Shown here: piece by piece, positions 1 through 12,077 of the stretch | Numbering within the stretch: position 1 is the first letter of the stretch | Layout: every line of letters begins with the position of its first letter | Origin: Octopus vulgaris | Taxonomy: Eukaryota | NCBI GenBank assembly: GCA_951406725.2 | Contig: OX597826.1 | Coordinates: 55,056,001-55,120,000 of the forward strand | Length of the DNA: 64,000 nucleotides | Direction of reading: 5' to 3' | The notes under the pieces: generated by a model | What the model saw: only the letters and a program-made list of their open reading frames with translations | The model's database searches: none | What the model was told of the DNA's origin: nothing | Translations under genes and position numbers: made by a program

Positions 1-29
1 GATCGTGTATACATACATACACCCCGCCC

Positions 30-88
<59 letters not shown>

Positions 89-994
89 TATAAAGATACA
101 CACACACACATATATGTATATATGTATACATATATATACAGATATATAACTATATTTATAGATATATACACACGCGCACATATATATCTGTGTGTTTGTA
201 CATCTGTGCATGTGTATGTGTAAATATACTTGTATGTGAGTGCGTAAGAAACGATGGTGTCGGCCAAAAATCTCAATAAAATAAATAAAATATATTGCGA
301 CAGCCCAATCATTTGGAACAGAACTATGTAAAACACATTCATATTGAGGGTACATACCTCCACCGAGGTATCTATCATGTTATCCCGCGTCTGATCACTT
401 TCCTTTCAGAGCGCCTTCTTGAAACTGGATGATCCCAAATTGCACTTCAGTACCTTCGTACTAACCAGACCGTGATGAGACTCACATCGTTTTGGCTAAG
501 ATCTGTCAGTTGGTGATTAACCACTGATATGCTTTCTCTTTAGCAACTACCTAGATCCACGTAGTACTTGTCCGCTGTAGTCATGTCAGCCAGTAACAGT
601 ATTTCATTTGGCGCTTTTTAGAAGCAATATTTTGAAGTGAATTAACCTATCTTGAGAATTATGGTAAAGTTCACAGTCTAGGGAGTAAGGAGTTTTACGT
701 GGAGAAGTTCTAATTACTTGTTTGCCATTTGTCATGGTTAACTAAATGTTTTCTTACTATCTTCGTGAAAGACACACGCTCCTTTTGTGTCCATCTTTTC
801 CACGCTACTTCTGTGTCCATTGCTGTTTCTGTATTTCTCAGCCACCCCTGGTATCCGCTATTAGTGATACTCAGAATGAAACGAGATCGTTTGCTTCCAC
901 TTTACGCATCTTCGGAGGCGCTGTCTGAAGTGTTCAAAAAACAGCTGTAGTAGCAACTATGGTTCTCACCTCTAATGCCAGTTGCTGCTGTCGC

Positions 995-1372
995 TGTTGC
1001 TGTTGAGCGAACGGACTTCGTCCCAGAGCTCGCAAGATGGGAGAAGTCCGAAACGTGGTCCTATGCTATTCGTAAGACCCGCAGAAGAGAAAGCAGGTCA
1101 ACCCCCGACACCGAAAGCATCGACGGATGGATGAATGCGCATCCAGGATCAGCGGTTGCGTAGGAAGTCGGGGACAAGAAACAGGAAGAAAGAGTGAGAG
1201 AAAGTTGGGGCGAAAAAGTACAACAGGGGTCGCCACCACCCGCTGCCGGAGTCTCGTGGAGCTTTAGGTGTTTTCGCTCAATAAACACACACAATGCCCG
1301 GACCGGGAATCGAAACTGCGTTCTTACGACCGTGAGTCCGCTGCCCTAACCACTGGGCCATTGCGCCTCCAC
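995..1372 (-). mobile_element. tRNA-derived SINE, family C, with long alternative 3' tail and TSD
   Basis: Minus strand begins TGGAGGCGCAATGGCCCAGTGGTTAGGG (A box) ... GTTTCGATTCCC (B box). Flanked by GCCAGTTGCTGCTGTCGC (977-994) and GCCAGTTACTGCTGTAGC (1373-1390), a 16/18 TSD. The same head recurs at 37816, 46363 and 57591. Confidence 0.85.
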
Positions 1373-1805
1373 GCCAGTTACTGCTGTAGCCATCTCTGCT
1401 ATTCTTCATATTTTTTCATTCCATGTGAATTGAAAGCATCTAAGTGTTTATTATTACCAAATTTGTAGCATTCAGTTATCCTTCCAGTTTGCCATCCGCT
1501 GATGACGGCATCACCTGAGTCGTTTTACTGCGTTGAATGAGAGAAACAAAATGTTATAACCAGATAAAGGGTATTAATTAATAAATAGATTTACGTAAAT
1601 ATATACAAACATAAATGTATGTTCTGAATATTTTTTTGTCGGTTTACCCGGCATTATATTTTATGTTATTATTGATTTAAAATTTATCAAGTTCTTTGGT
1701 AAGTTGCTCTACACAAAGAAAGTATTTTCGTCATATTTTCGAAATGTATATGTATTTGTATTAATATATATGCGCGCACACATATACTTATGCCTGTGTT
1801 AACAT

Positions 1806-1847
<42 letters not shown>

Positions 1848-2318
1848 AAATATTCATACATCGTATATATATATATATTTATTTATTTATAGATGTTCAC
1901 AGACATACATATATAAACGCATATATGTATCCATATGTATGTATTGGTGTGTGTTTGTGTGTCTATCTGCACAAATACATATATTGTATGCGTGTATTTT
2001 AATATGTAAATATTAATATACGTGCATACGTACATTTCTTCATATGCACACATTACACAACTGCGCTTCTGTGACAATGCTAGATCTCCTGCCAGTTCAA
2101 GGATTTTAAATTAAGGATTATAGATTTAAGGATTAAGTCGGATTGGAGTTGGGGAGGAAAGGAAGGAAGCCCCAGAGCTGATCAACAGTTCCACAGCTTA
2201 AATCCTCTGTTGTTTCCTTTGAGGAAGGGTTTTTGGTGTGGTCGGGGCAACCAACCTTGTGAATGCTTTGTTGACAGGAATATAAGCCCATTTCTGCTAC
2301 AACATGCACGTACACGCC

Positions 2319-2364
<46 letters not shown>

Positions 2365-2654
2365 CACTCCATCAAACATAAACATTCATATACGCATGCT
2401 ACTTTGGCGCATAAATACTCATACACACGGTTTCGTGTATGCATACAGAAACATATGCAAGCATACGTTAGCAATTGCTAACACTTTAACGTCTATTAAC
2501 ATGGAAGCATATGTTATCATAAAGAGATGCTGACACATACATCCACGCAAATATAATCTATTCACACAACGCTCAACACATATATACCAATATATATTTG
2601 TGTGTGTGTGGATATATGCATGAATATATTCGTATGTGTGTGTATATATACATA

Positions 2655-2704
<50 letters not shown>

Positions 2705-3689
2705 CTGCTGTACTCCCGTTATAAACAAAAACCAGCATAGAAGACGGGTTGTAAGTGGACAAGAGGTTTGCTAGATATAAACGCAATATCTCACTCAGAT
2801 CAGGCACTACTGTTGCAAAAGAAATCAAGTCTTGTTATGTAATCCTACCTACACCGAATCTGAACAAAAGCCATGATGCTGACTGATGTAACACATTTAA
2901 ACGTGTATGTATTCAGATTGATTAGGCATGTGACTATATATGGATAGCGATATTGAGAAAATTTATACCCTGTGACGACAAATACATCAACATGCTCGCA
3001 TATATAAATTGACTGATTAAATAGACTTAGCGGTAGTACACAACAGTACGGAATATATACATAAACATAGGAGTACTGAACAACAGCACACAATCAGTCG
3101 AGCGTCCATCATTGACAAGACCAAGTAAGGTCGAAATTAGGTGATCTGGTGGTCTTGGAGCTAGAGGTGACGGAGATTTATCTCCTTGATAACGATATAA
3201 ATAACAGTACATTTTGCTCCCTAAAGCCAGTATGAGAGTTTATCTCATGGTAACTACCACCGTATAGTTTCTTCCAACAGAACATTCACGTTTAAGCGAG
3301 GATAAATATTACCTCTCGGTATTGATACTTCTTCAATATATATTTTTAAAGATCTAATATATATATTTTTATCAATCAGTATTGTACAACTGCACACAAT
3401 CTGGGCACACTACCTCGGGAAAATCAATGCACTGCGTCCGCAAAGTGTTTATGTATTGATAAGAAACTCCATTGTTCGTAGAAGATGTTATCGTAGAAGA
3501 TATTTACCCAAGATGTGCAATAAACTGTTTAAAATACTATAACAAACAAAATATTTTAATATTCATTTTATACAACTCTTCATATCTAATTCTAAATTTA
3601 TAATGGGATATATTTAAAACAACAAATATTATAACGTTCCATCCGAGCAAAACAGGAATCAAAGGGGTCTATAAATAGAAGGAGTCCAT

Positions 3690-3930
3690 TGGTCGAAAGC
3701 CACACGAGTAATCAACGGCCCTGGGCCAACCAATGATTGTGAGTGAATTTGGTAGATGTGAATTGCGCGGAGACCAATCGTAGATATGTCCATGTAAGTT
3801 TGTGAGCACGCGCGTGCGCACATACAAATATATGTGGGTTTTTCAATTGCTCGACAACCGATGCTCGTTTGTCTACTTCCCTGAAACTAAGTTGTAATCA
3901 AGAGAATCCAAAACAGAATCAATAACACGG
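3690..3930 (+). mobile_element. Degenerate SINE family B fragment
   Basis: GGGCCAACCAATGATTGTGAGTGAATTTGGTAGA and GCTCGACAACCGATGCT match the family-B body seen at 19181-19590. Confidence 0.55.
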
Positions 3931-4239
3931 CATCAATAATAACAGTTCAGAAAAGAGTAACAGCAACGCATACAAAAAGGGCAATAAACAGAGCAACAGC
4001 AACATTAGAAAAGGCAAAAAAGAAGAAAAAAAAACAACTGTAAAACAACAATAAAATTCTCAGACTGCAGCAACGAAGAAGTACGAGATACATGAAATCT
4101 TTTCTAAAATTACCATGTTTGCGGAGCCAGAATAAGAAGGTATATATTATTTCTATGGCTTCATCCCTTGACTTGCAGCCTTGATAGAGCAGCAATTTAA
4201 TGAGTTTCAGCAATCAAATCGTCTCTGATGCGTCTTTGA

Positions 4240-4510
4240 AACTTGTCATATAATGGTTCCTTTTTCAACTAAGCTACTACGTTACAGGGATGTAAACAAA
4301 TGAGCGTCGGTTGTCGAGCAATTGGAAAAGCCCCACGTAGATGTATGTACGCAAGCGCGTATTCACACTTATCTAGGACTGGTTTCCGTGCAATTCATAT
4401 CTACCAAATTCACTCACAATCATTGGTTGACCCAGGGCTATTGTAGAAGCCATTTGGTCAAAGTTCCACGCAGTGGAGCTGAACCTAAAACCACATGGTT
4501 GTTAAGCGGC
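4240..4510 (-). mobile_element. SINE family B, degenerate
   Basis: Reverse complement of family-B motifs (TCTACCAAATTCACTCACAA, CCACGCAGTGG...GAACC...AACCACATGGTT). Confidence 0.65.
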
Positions 4511-4528
4511 CTCCATATTTTCACAACC

Positions 4529-4630
<102 letters not shown>

Positions 4631-4665
4631 ATCAATTTACTTATCAATATATATATATTCTCTAA

Positions 4666-4880
4666 GGCGGCGTACTGGAAGAATCCTTAGCATGCCGGGC
4701 AAAATGCGTTGCAGCATTTCGTCCGTCTTCACGTTCTGACTTCAAATTCCATCGAGGTCGACTTTGCCATTCATCATCTGGTGATCGACAAAATAAGTAC
4801 CAGCTAAGCACTAGGGCCGATGTAATCCGCTTTCCCCTTCTCCCAAATCTGTTAGCCTTGTGCTAAAATTTGGAACCAAT
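4666..4880 (+). mobile_element. SINE family A (tRNA-like head, GCCTTTCATCCTTTCGGGGTCGATAAA central domain)
   Basis: GGCGGCG.ACTGG.AGAATC.TTAGCA head, GTTCTGACTTCAAATTCC B-box region, GAGGTCGACTTTGCC, tail GCCTTGTGCTAAAATTTG. More than 12 related copies in the window. Confidence 0.8.
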
Positions 4881-4906
4881 ATGTATCTCTTTTCTTTCTC
4901 TCCTTT

Positions 4907-4950
<44 letters not shown>

Positions 4951-5430
4951 TTTCAATCTGCTCTCAGCCTGTCTAACTTTCTCTCTCTTTTACATTATCT
5001 TTCTAATAACCATTGACTCTTTTTCCCATTATCCTTCTGTGATATCTTATTTATTTTCCCTTCTTTCTGTCTCCTTGTTTAGCCTTACCTCTGTCCACCT
5101 CCACTTCTTTCGTTTTTTCGCTCTTCATTTATTTCCCTATTTTTTAACCAATGTTATTTACATTTTTAATGAAATATCTTTCATATATTTCTATTCCACT
5201 TCTACTTTCCTTTTCGGTTTTTTTATTTTTTATTTTTATTTTTTTGATAATTTCCCCATTCGTTTATATTTATGGATATAATTATTTTCATTTTAAATCT
5301 CTTGCTTTAAATCTCTAAATGAGAAATTTTCATTTTAATATGACCACTGGTCTTCTTTGAAAGGAGAAAGAATTACAAAAGAAGCAAATAAATTAAGATT
5401 TCTCTTTAAATTTAAGGAAAGTAAAAAATG

Positions 5431-5477
5431 TAATAATAATAAAAATAACAACAACAATAATAATAGTAGTAGTAGTT

Positions 5478-5543
<66 letters not shown>

Positions 5544-5623
5544 ATAATAATAATAATAATAATAGTAATAATAGTAATAATAATAACAATAATAATAATA
5601 ACAATAATAATGATGATGATGAT
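5431..5623. repeat. Compound (AAT)n/(TAG)n/(GAT)n microsatellite
   Basis: Direct; explains the poly-N/S/L/Y ORFs at 5335-5687. Confidence 0.95.
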
Positions 5624-6043
5624 ATTGAGGAAATGAAAATAACTGATTATAATGCAATGTCTTTGGAATGAGAAACTTTAATAACATTGTAGAAAGAAAA
5701 GAGAAAACATTAAAATAATATCCAAAGACAAATTTTGCTGAAAGTAAAAAGTAAAATCAAGCAACTCCTTCCTCTTCACGCCCCTCCCCCCAGTTATTCC
5801 ATTGTAAGTTGAAATATGGTTATTAGGAGATTCATAAAGAAAACTTTCATATTTACCTCCTTTATTTGCTCAGTTAGAAAGTAATATTATATTCTTTCTA
5901 GAAAATAATTTTATATCAATTCTAATTATTGTATTTAACCCTACTATTGGCATTTCCAATGTTTAGCGCATTACAAAGAATTAAGTCAACCATTTTTTTG
6001 TTTTTGTATTAGAGTGGTGGACAGTCTCGTCACGTACCTCTCT

Positions 6044-6708
6044 AACTGATCTCTATATTAACTCCTAGATTTTCCCTTGTCTCCATAACTGGGACCATCC
6101 TGGCTAAAGGTGGGGCTCTGAGGAGAGTTTCAACTTTGGTATAACAAATATATTTATCCACTCAATCCAACCTGTTGAGTTCTCTACCCGATAATGTTTG
6201 CCCTGTAGAAGATGTAGCAGTACTATACAAACTCACGCAAATCAGCCATTTTTCATTATAGTATCGGACTGCTTATCCGGCTTCTACAACACCGGAATTT
6301 ACGGAAATCCGAGAATAGTGTCCACTACCGTATCAATATACTGCCTCCTGTATTGAGTTAAGATACCATACTTTTGTAGATTGTTAATTTGTATACGTTG
6401 TGTTTAAAATAGTTTTGTTTAAAATATTGGAGGTGTTTTTGAGTGTGTGTGTGTTAGTGTTTGTGTACAGGGATTCCACCTGAAATTTGATATTGTCGAT
6501 ATCAATCTAGCCAAATACGTTATTAACTGATCTCTCTATGAAGTCCAGTGTTTTTACTTGTCTCTCTACGACTGAGAACGTCCCGGCTGAGCACGAAACT
6601 CTGGCGAGGCTGTCGACTTTGGCGTAATGAATATATATATCTGTTCACTCTATCCACCTTGTTGAGTTCTGTACCAGATAGCGTTTGCACTGTAGAAGAT
6701 ATCTCCTT
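6044..6708. repeat. Two diverged direct copies of a ~180-bp repeat (6044-6220 and 6523-6708)
   Basis: Shared anchors in the same order: TAACTGATCTCT, CTTGTCTC, ACTTTGG, CACTC.ATCCA, TGTTGAGTTCT, GTTTGC.CTGTAGAAGAT. Confidence 0.7.
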
Positions 6709-6892
6709 GATATATTTTACTAACGTGACATTATTACACACATACACACATACACACTCATACACTCACATACACACACACTCACACGCATATACACATA
6801 TAGAGATCTATCTGTTCGTCTGTCTGTCTATCTATCTATCTATTTCTTTTCTCTCTCTCTTTCATCGTTTGTCTCTCTCTCTCCCTCCCTCC

Positions 6893-6976
<84 letters not shown>

Positions 6977-7139
6977 TGTGTATATTGGCAGGGCTTACTA
7001 CTAGGGAGTCGGCCGTATGCTAGAAACAGATCATCAACGATCAAACTACAAGGAAATTCTCTAGAGGAAAAATTCAGCGAACACCAGAACCAAATTTGGC
7101 GGGCAGGACAGATGAAAATTTATATAAAAAACAGAATTA

Positions 7140-7215
7140 AATGCATACCTCGGTTTCGGCCTTTAACAAAAGAATTACTTACGTAATTCAAATGTCCGTG
7201 CTTCTTCAGTGCATT
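7140..7215 (-). ncRNA. Type I hammerhead ribozyme motif with canonical core (Penelope-like)
   Basis: Minus strand: AAUGCA-CUGAAGA-[stem II containing GAAUUAC-guaa-GUAAUUC]-GAA-ACCgaGGU-A-UGCAUU. Perfect 6-bp stem I, GUA cleavage triplet, short near-palindromic stem III. Confidence 0.8.
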
Positions 7216-7326
7216 CGTTCATTGTAATGTAAACTGCTCAGATATTTTGTATGCTGGACTACTGGTTTTAAATTGATATTAAAATTAATATTAATTTATT
7301 TCCCTCATTATTTAAATATATATATA

Positions 7327-7377
<51 letters not shown>

Positions 7378-7568
7378 GTATACGTATGTATATATATACA
7401 GGTAAAAAATTAGGGAGTGCGAGCGTTGCATAAAAATATTTTCAGGATTAAATAAAAAGTCAACAAACGGAAAATATGATCTACTTATATATATAATTTT
7501 AAAAAAGCGTGCAGTAAATGAACAAATGAACATAAACTAAATACACAGGCGGGCAGAAAGCACTGAAG

Positions 7569-7795
7569 GTCACCAATTCTTCATCAGTTATCGGCCAGCG
7601 GAGTCAAGTGCAATTTCGGCCATTATCGATAATATTACTTCCACTCTGGAGGCGCCGAAAAGAAACTTGTCGGGAATAGGACCTAAACATAACAAAACGA
7701 AACGAGCTCGAGACGAGACCCTTAGTGGACGGACTGGGGACAAAACAATAAACAGAATGACTCCTCTGGCCGATAAGTGATGAAGAATTGGTGAC
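7569..7795. repeat. Fold-back element: 38-bp inverted repeats around a 151-bp core
   Basis: GTCACCAATTCTTCATCAGTTATCGGCCAGCGGAGTCA (7569-7606) matches the reverse complement of 7758-7795 at 36/38. Confidence 0.85.
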
Positions 7796-8096
7796 TTTGC
7801 CTTTCATCCTTTCGGGGTCGGTAAATTAAGTAACTGTGAAACACAAGAGTTTTGACGTAATTGACTAGTTCCCATCCTCCAAAATTTCAAGCCTTGTGCC
7901 TATAGTTTGTCTTTACGTTCTGAGTTCGAATTTCACCGAGGTCGACTTTGCATTTCATCCTTTCGGGGTCGGTAAAATAAGTACTAGTCAAGTACTGGGC
8001 TTGATTTAATCGACCTTACCCTTTTCCCCAATTTTCAGGCCTTTCGCCTATTATAGAAAGGATTATTATTATTTTTATTAATTGCTGTTGTTGTTG

Positions 8097-8163
<67 letters not shown>

Positions 8164-8385
8164 CATTATTATGGTTCTGCGAGCTGGCAGAATCGTTAGC
8201 AGGCCGGGTAAAATTCATAGCGGCATTTCGTCCGTCTTTACGTTCTCAGTTCAAATCCCCGTGAGGTTGATCTTGTTTTTTCACTATTCAGAGTCGATAC
8301 AATACGTATCAGCTAGAGGACTAGGGTTCATGTAATCAACTTAACCCAACGCCCCACGAACTTGCAGACCTTGTACCAAAATATG
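7793..8385 (+). mobile_element. Cluster of three same-orientation SINE A copies (7793-7904, 7907-8065, 8180-8385)
   Basis: Repeated GACTTTGCCTTTCATCCTTTCGGGGTCGGTAAA and AATTTCAGGCCTT.GCCTA tails, with (TTA)n after the second copy. Confidence 0.8.
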
Positions 8386-8414
8386 AAGCAGTTATTATTA
8401 ATATTATTATTGAA

Positions 8415-8770
8415 TGAGAGAGGAGCGCATGCCATGAAAGTGATGCTGACGTACAAATATACGAAGCCCAATATACTCCTCATGACTACCTGTCTGATAA
8501 AGGTACACGAGACACAGCCATCACAACCACTCTGTGTGCGACACAGTGTTCTCATATCAAGATAAACAGCGCATTACTTTACAGGTAGCGTCCAGTTGGA
8601 ATTTTCTTCCGCTCCAGTAGCCCATCCAAAATTGCCTGAATAAAGTTTCTTTAAGGATAGTGAACGAAACGCCGATGATTCCAGAGGTAAGTTATTCAAA
8701 GCCAAAGTCTTCCTCTCATTACATCTACTCGTGATCAGAAATGCACATATCTTTAGCGATTATTGGACAT
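8415..8770. mobile_element. Unclassified interspersed repeat fragment, possibly a LINE 3' UTR on the minus strand
   Basis: Higher-complexity block bounded on the left by (TTA)n, which reads as a (TAA)n tail on the minus strand. Resembles an octopus repeat from memory only. Confidence 0.3.
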
Positions 8771-8780
8771 TTTATTAACG

Positions 8781-8945
8781 ACGCCGGGCAAAATGCTTGG
8801 CAGCATTTCGTCCGTCCTTATGTTCTGAGCTCAAATTACGCCGAGGTCGACTTTGCCTGTCGTGGTCGATAAAATAATTAATGTAATCCATTAATCCTCT
8901 CCCTTAAAATTTCAGGCCTTGTGCCTACAGTAGAAAGGATTATTA
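8781..8945 (+). mobile_element. SINE family A, internally deleted
   Basis: ACGCCGGGCAAAATGCTT..GTTCTGAGCTCAAATT..GAGGTCGACTTTGCC..TTTCAGGCCTTGTGCCTACAGTAGAAAGGATT. Confidence 0.8.
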
Positions 8946-10570
8946 TTATATGCTGTGCATTCGGGTCGACATTATCCTATCTTTGTTAAGATGATTGGCT
9001 AAGATTTTAAAAAAAACAAAAAAAAAACTGACGTTGTTTTTTTTAGAATAGCAAGCATGCGCAATGAGGCCACTTCCTTGTATCAAATAACAGCTTCGCA
9101 TTCTGACCGTGCTGGAGTCCAACCAGATGCGGATAGCCACTCTAACAGTTGCTTTGAAACAGAAAAAAAGAAAAACAAAACAAAGAGATAACAGTGAAAT
9201 TTTTGCAGTAATCACAATAACAAAATAACAAAAGAAATCATAAAATAAATGATAAAAATACGCGATGATGAAGTCCCATGAAAAACTGCAACAAAATCGT
9301 AAAATAATTGTAAAAATCAAAGAAACAATGTAAAAAAAAAAGCCCCTTATAATTGAAAAAAAATCCTTTATTTTCTCCTTAGGAAAGCATTTCCCCCGCT
9401 TTTTTCAAATCATAACGAATTTTGTTATGTTTTCATTCATGTTTTTGTTCGGTTTATTTTTTTCTAATTTTCTTCAAAAATTTTCAAAATAATTTCTTCA
9501 TTAAAAAGTGAAATCTAATTGCTAAATTGCCGAAATCCATCAAATTTATGGTTTGGGATCAGCTGGGAAGATTTTTGCGTTATTCGAAGACTTGTATGTG
9601 TGTGCGTGCGTGTGTGCATCTGTGTGTGTGTGTGTGACTATGTTTGTGCGTACGTGTGTCTGTCTATTCATGAGAGTATGTGTGATTGCTATGAGCATTA
9701 TATGAGCGTGTGTTTCTTTGAGTAGGTGTGTATATCTGAGCATGGAATGCGTTTACGTATTTTTGCATGTCTGTATGTGTGTGTATTTGGGCAGGTTATT
9801 TGCACGTGCTTGTATGATTGAGAGTATGCATCCGTGTGTATATATGTCTAAATGTGTGTGTGCAGGTGTGTTGTCAGTGTATATATGAATATGCGCTTAT
9901 CTGAGTATCCGTATAAGTGTGTGTATGTGTATATGCTACAGTATGAATGACGTTGACTAATTTCAGTCCATATATGTGCAATCATATCGTGTTTGTGTTT
10001 GAATTAGACAATTCATTCGTGTGTTTGTGTGTGTATGCGTGTGTACGTTCGTGCGTGTGTGTATACTTATAAGAGTCTATGATGTACACATGAGCGTACG
10101 TTTGCGCATTTGTATGAGAGCATTTACCAGTGTGTATATGTGTGTGTGTGCGTGTGTGTGTGTGTATGGTGTGAGTCTGTGTCTAATTCTCCTTATATGT
10201 ATATTCTTGATTCTGTGACATGTGCGTTTATGTATATGATGTGTGTATTTGTCTGTCTGTAACTATGTGTATGAGTGTATATGTGTGCACGTGTGTTTAT
10301 ATATCTGTGTATGTGTATGCATGTGTGCGTGCGTGTAAATACGGATGATTATGTGCCTTCAAGTATGTGTTTATGTGTGTAAGATTTAATGTGTACAGAA
10401 AATATATGCGTAGATATGTGCGTATATATACATAGCCCTGTATGTGAATAATTATAAGTATGTGTGTAAGTGCGCATGTGCATGATTGATCGCTAGTCAC
10501 TATTGATGCCATGATTGATCGCTAGTCACTAAACCTTTTTTATTTTCTGTCCCTGTTTATTTCTGTGTTC

Positions 10571-10606
10571 CTTTCTGTAGAAGAGCATAGGCTCGAAACA
10601 TAAAAG
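10571..10606 (+). ncRNA. Degenerate minimal hammerhead motif (core CUGUAGA) in a Penelope-like module ~10540-10705
   Basis: CUUU-CUGUAGA-a-GAGC-auag-GCUC-GAA-ACAU-A-AAAG; stems I and II intact. Homologous to 28530-28563 and 30470-30504. Confidence 0.6.
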
Positions 10607-11458
10607 ACTTTCTCCCTTCCTGAGCGTTAAACTAATACATCTGTTTGTTGTTTACACACCCGTCTTCGCCTTTTATTTAGTTTGTTTCTTTGTAAATTCC
10701 CACATTATGTATATATATATGTGTGTGTGTGTATGTGTGTGTTTGTGTGTGTGTGTAGATTTGTATGTGTGGATGTACATCATCGTATGCGTGTGAATCA
10801 TATATGCTCAAATGTTCGTTCAGGTATTTGTGTTACGTCTGTGTGAGTGCATGCGTGTGTGTTTGTGTGTGTCTATCTGTATGTCTGTCTGTGCTTGCGT
10901 GTCTGTCATTTTGTCTTGGTAATTAAAACAAAGTATAAAATTGAAATCTACCTCTTTCATTCCCTTCCGTAAATTCCATATTTATCTACGAACATTGAGC
11001 TGACGATGGCAGTGGTGGCGGAGTTTGTGATGATACAGGCATCGGTACATATGGTGGGTGGCTGTATTGTCAGAGGAACTATCGCAATCACAGTTTTGTC
11101 CGCATGGAATTCTTTCTGACAATCAGAAACAAAGATCCTCAGTAAATCCTTCAAGATTTGTTATAGTAATAATCATTAATAGCAAAGGGCAAGAGGTTTT
11201 GTCGTAATACCGTCAGAGTAGTGGAGAAACTGTCTTGTGGGTATTCAGTTACGTCCCTTTATGTTCGGATGTCGAAATTTGTTGAATTAGAAACCTCTTT
11301 TTATTATATAAGTTTGGATAGAGTAAAAAATTAGCTGAATACTGCGTTAGATATGATTGCATTTAGCTGTGCCCTTGCCCACAAAACACTTAGTGTTATT
11401 ATTGTGTTTTTTTATAATTATTGTGTTAATGAGATGTTATTATTATGCTGCAATTTAA

Positions 11459-12077
11459 GGTAGTGAACTGGTAAAGTCGTTAGGACACCAGGCTTAACGC
11501 TTAGCGGTATTTTGTCTGTCTTTACGTTCTAAGTTAAAATTCAGCGGATGTTGTATTGTCTTTTAACCTTTCGGTGTTGATAAAATAAGCACTAGTCAAA
11601 TATTGGAGTCACGTACTGGAGTCAAGTGCTGGAGTCAATGTAATATCCCATAAAATTACTGGTCTTGTGCCAAAATTTGAAACCATTATTATGCCGCAAC
11701 TTATGGCAGGAGCTGGCAGGATCTTTACCACGCTGAAAAAATGCTCGGCGCAATTTCTTGCGGCTTGAAGTTGTGAGTTCAAATTCTTCTAAGATCGACT
11801 TTGTCTTTCCTCATTTCAGTATCAACAGAACAACCTCTAGTTGAGCACTGGTGTTGATATGATTGACTAGCAAACTCCGCCAAAATTTCAGGCCTTGCAC
11901 CTATAGTAGAAAAGATTATTATACAACAGTTCCAGATGGTGTATTGGTAGAATCGTTATGTCATCGACCACAATGCTTTGCTGTACCATTTTCTGGTTCT
12001 TTACGGTCTGGGTTCAAATTTCACCGGTGTTAACTTTGCTTTCCATTATTTCAAATTCGAGGAAATAAATATCAGTA
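11459..12077 (+). mobile_element. Three head-to-tail diverged SINE A copies (11459-11690, 11705-11920, 11938-12077)
   Basis: Each starts with a GG..GTGA.CTGG.AGA.TCGTT-like head and carries a GTT.AAATT B-box region. The first two also end in the CTTG..CC tail. Confidence 0.75.

Noticed and set aside
2100-2290. Decayed CR1/L2/Jockey 3' end on the minus strand (DQLWGFLP resembles LWNSLP)
   Set aside because: Similarity too short to support by eye.
10481-10530. 21-bp direct repeat CATGATTGATCGCTAGTCACT as a TSD or regulatory repeat
   Set aside because: Only 8 bp separate the copies; an ordinary local slippage duplication.
10952-11115. Possible minus-strand exon (AG at 11116-11117, GT at 10950-10951)
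   Set aside because: All three frames stop before the donor, the donor is weak and no peptide is recognisable.
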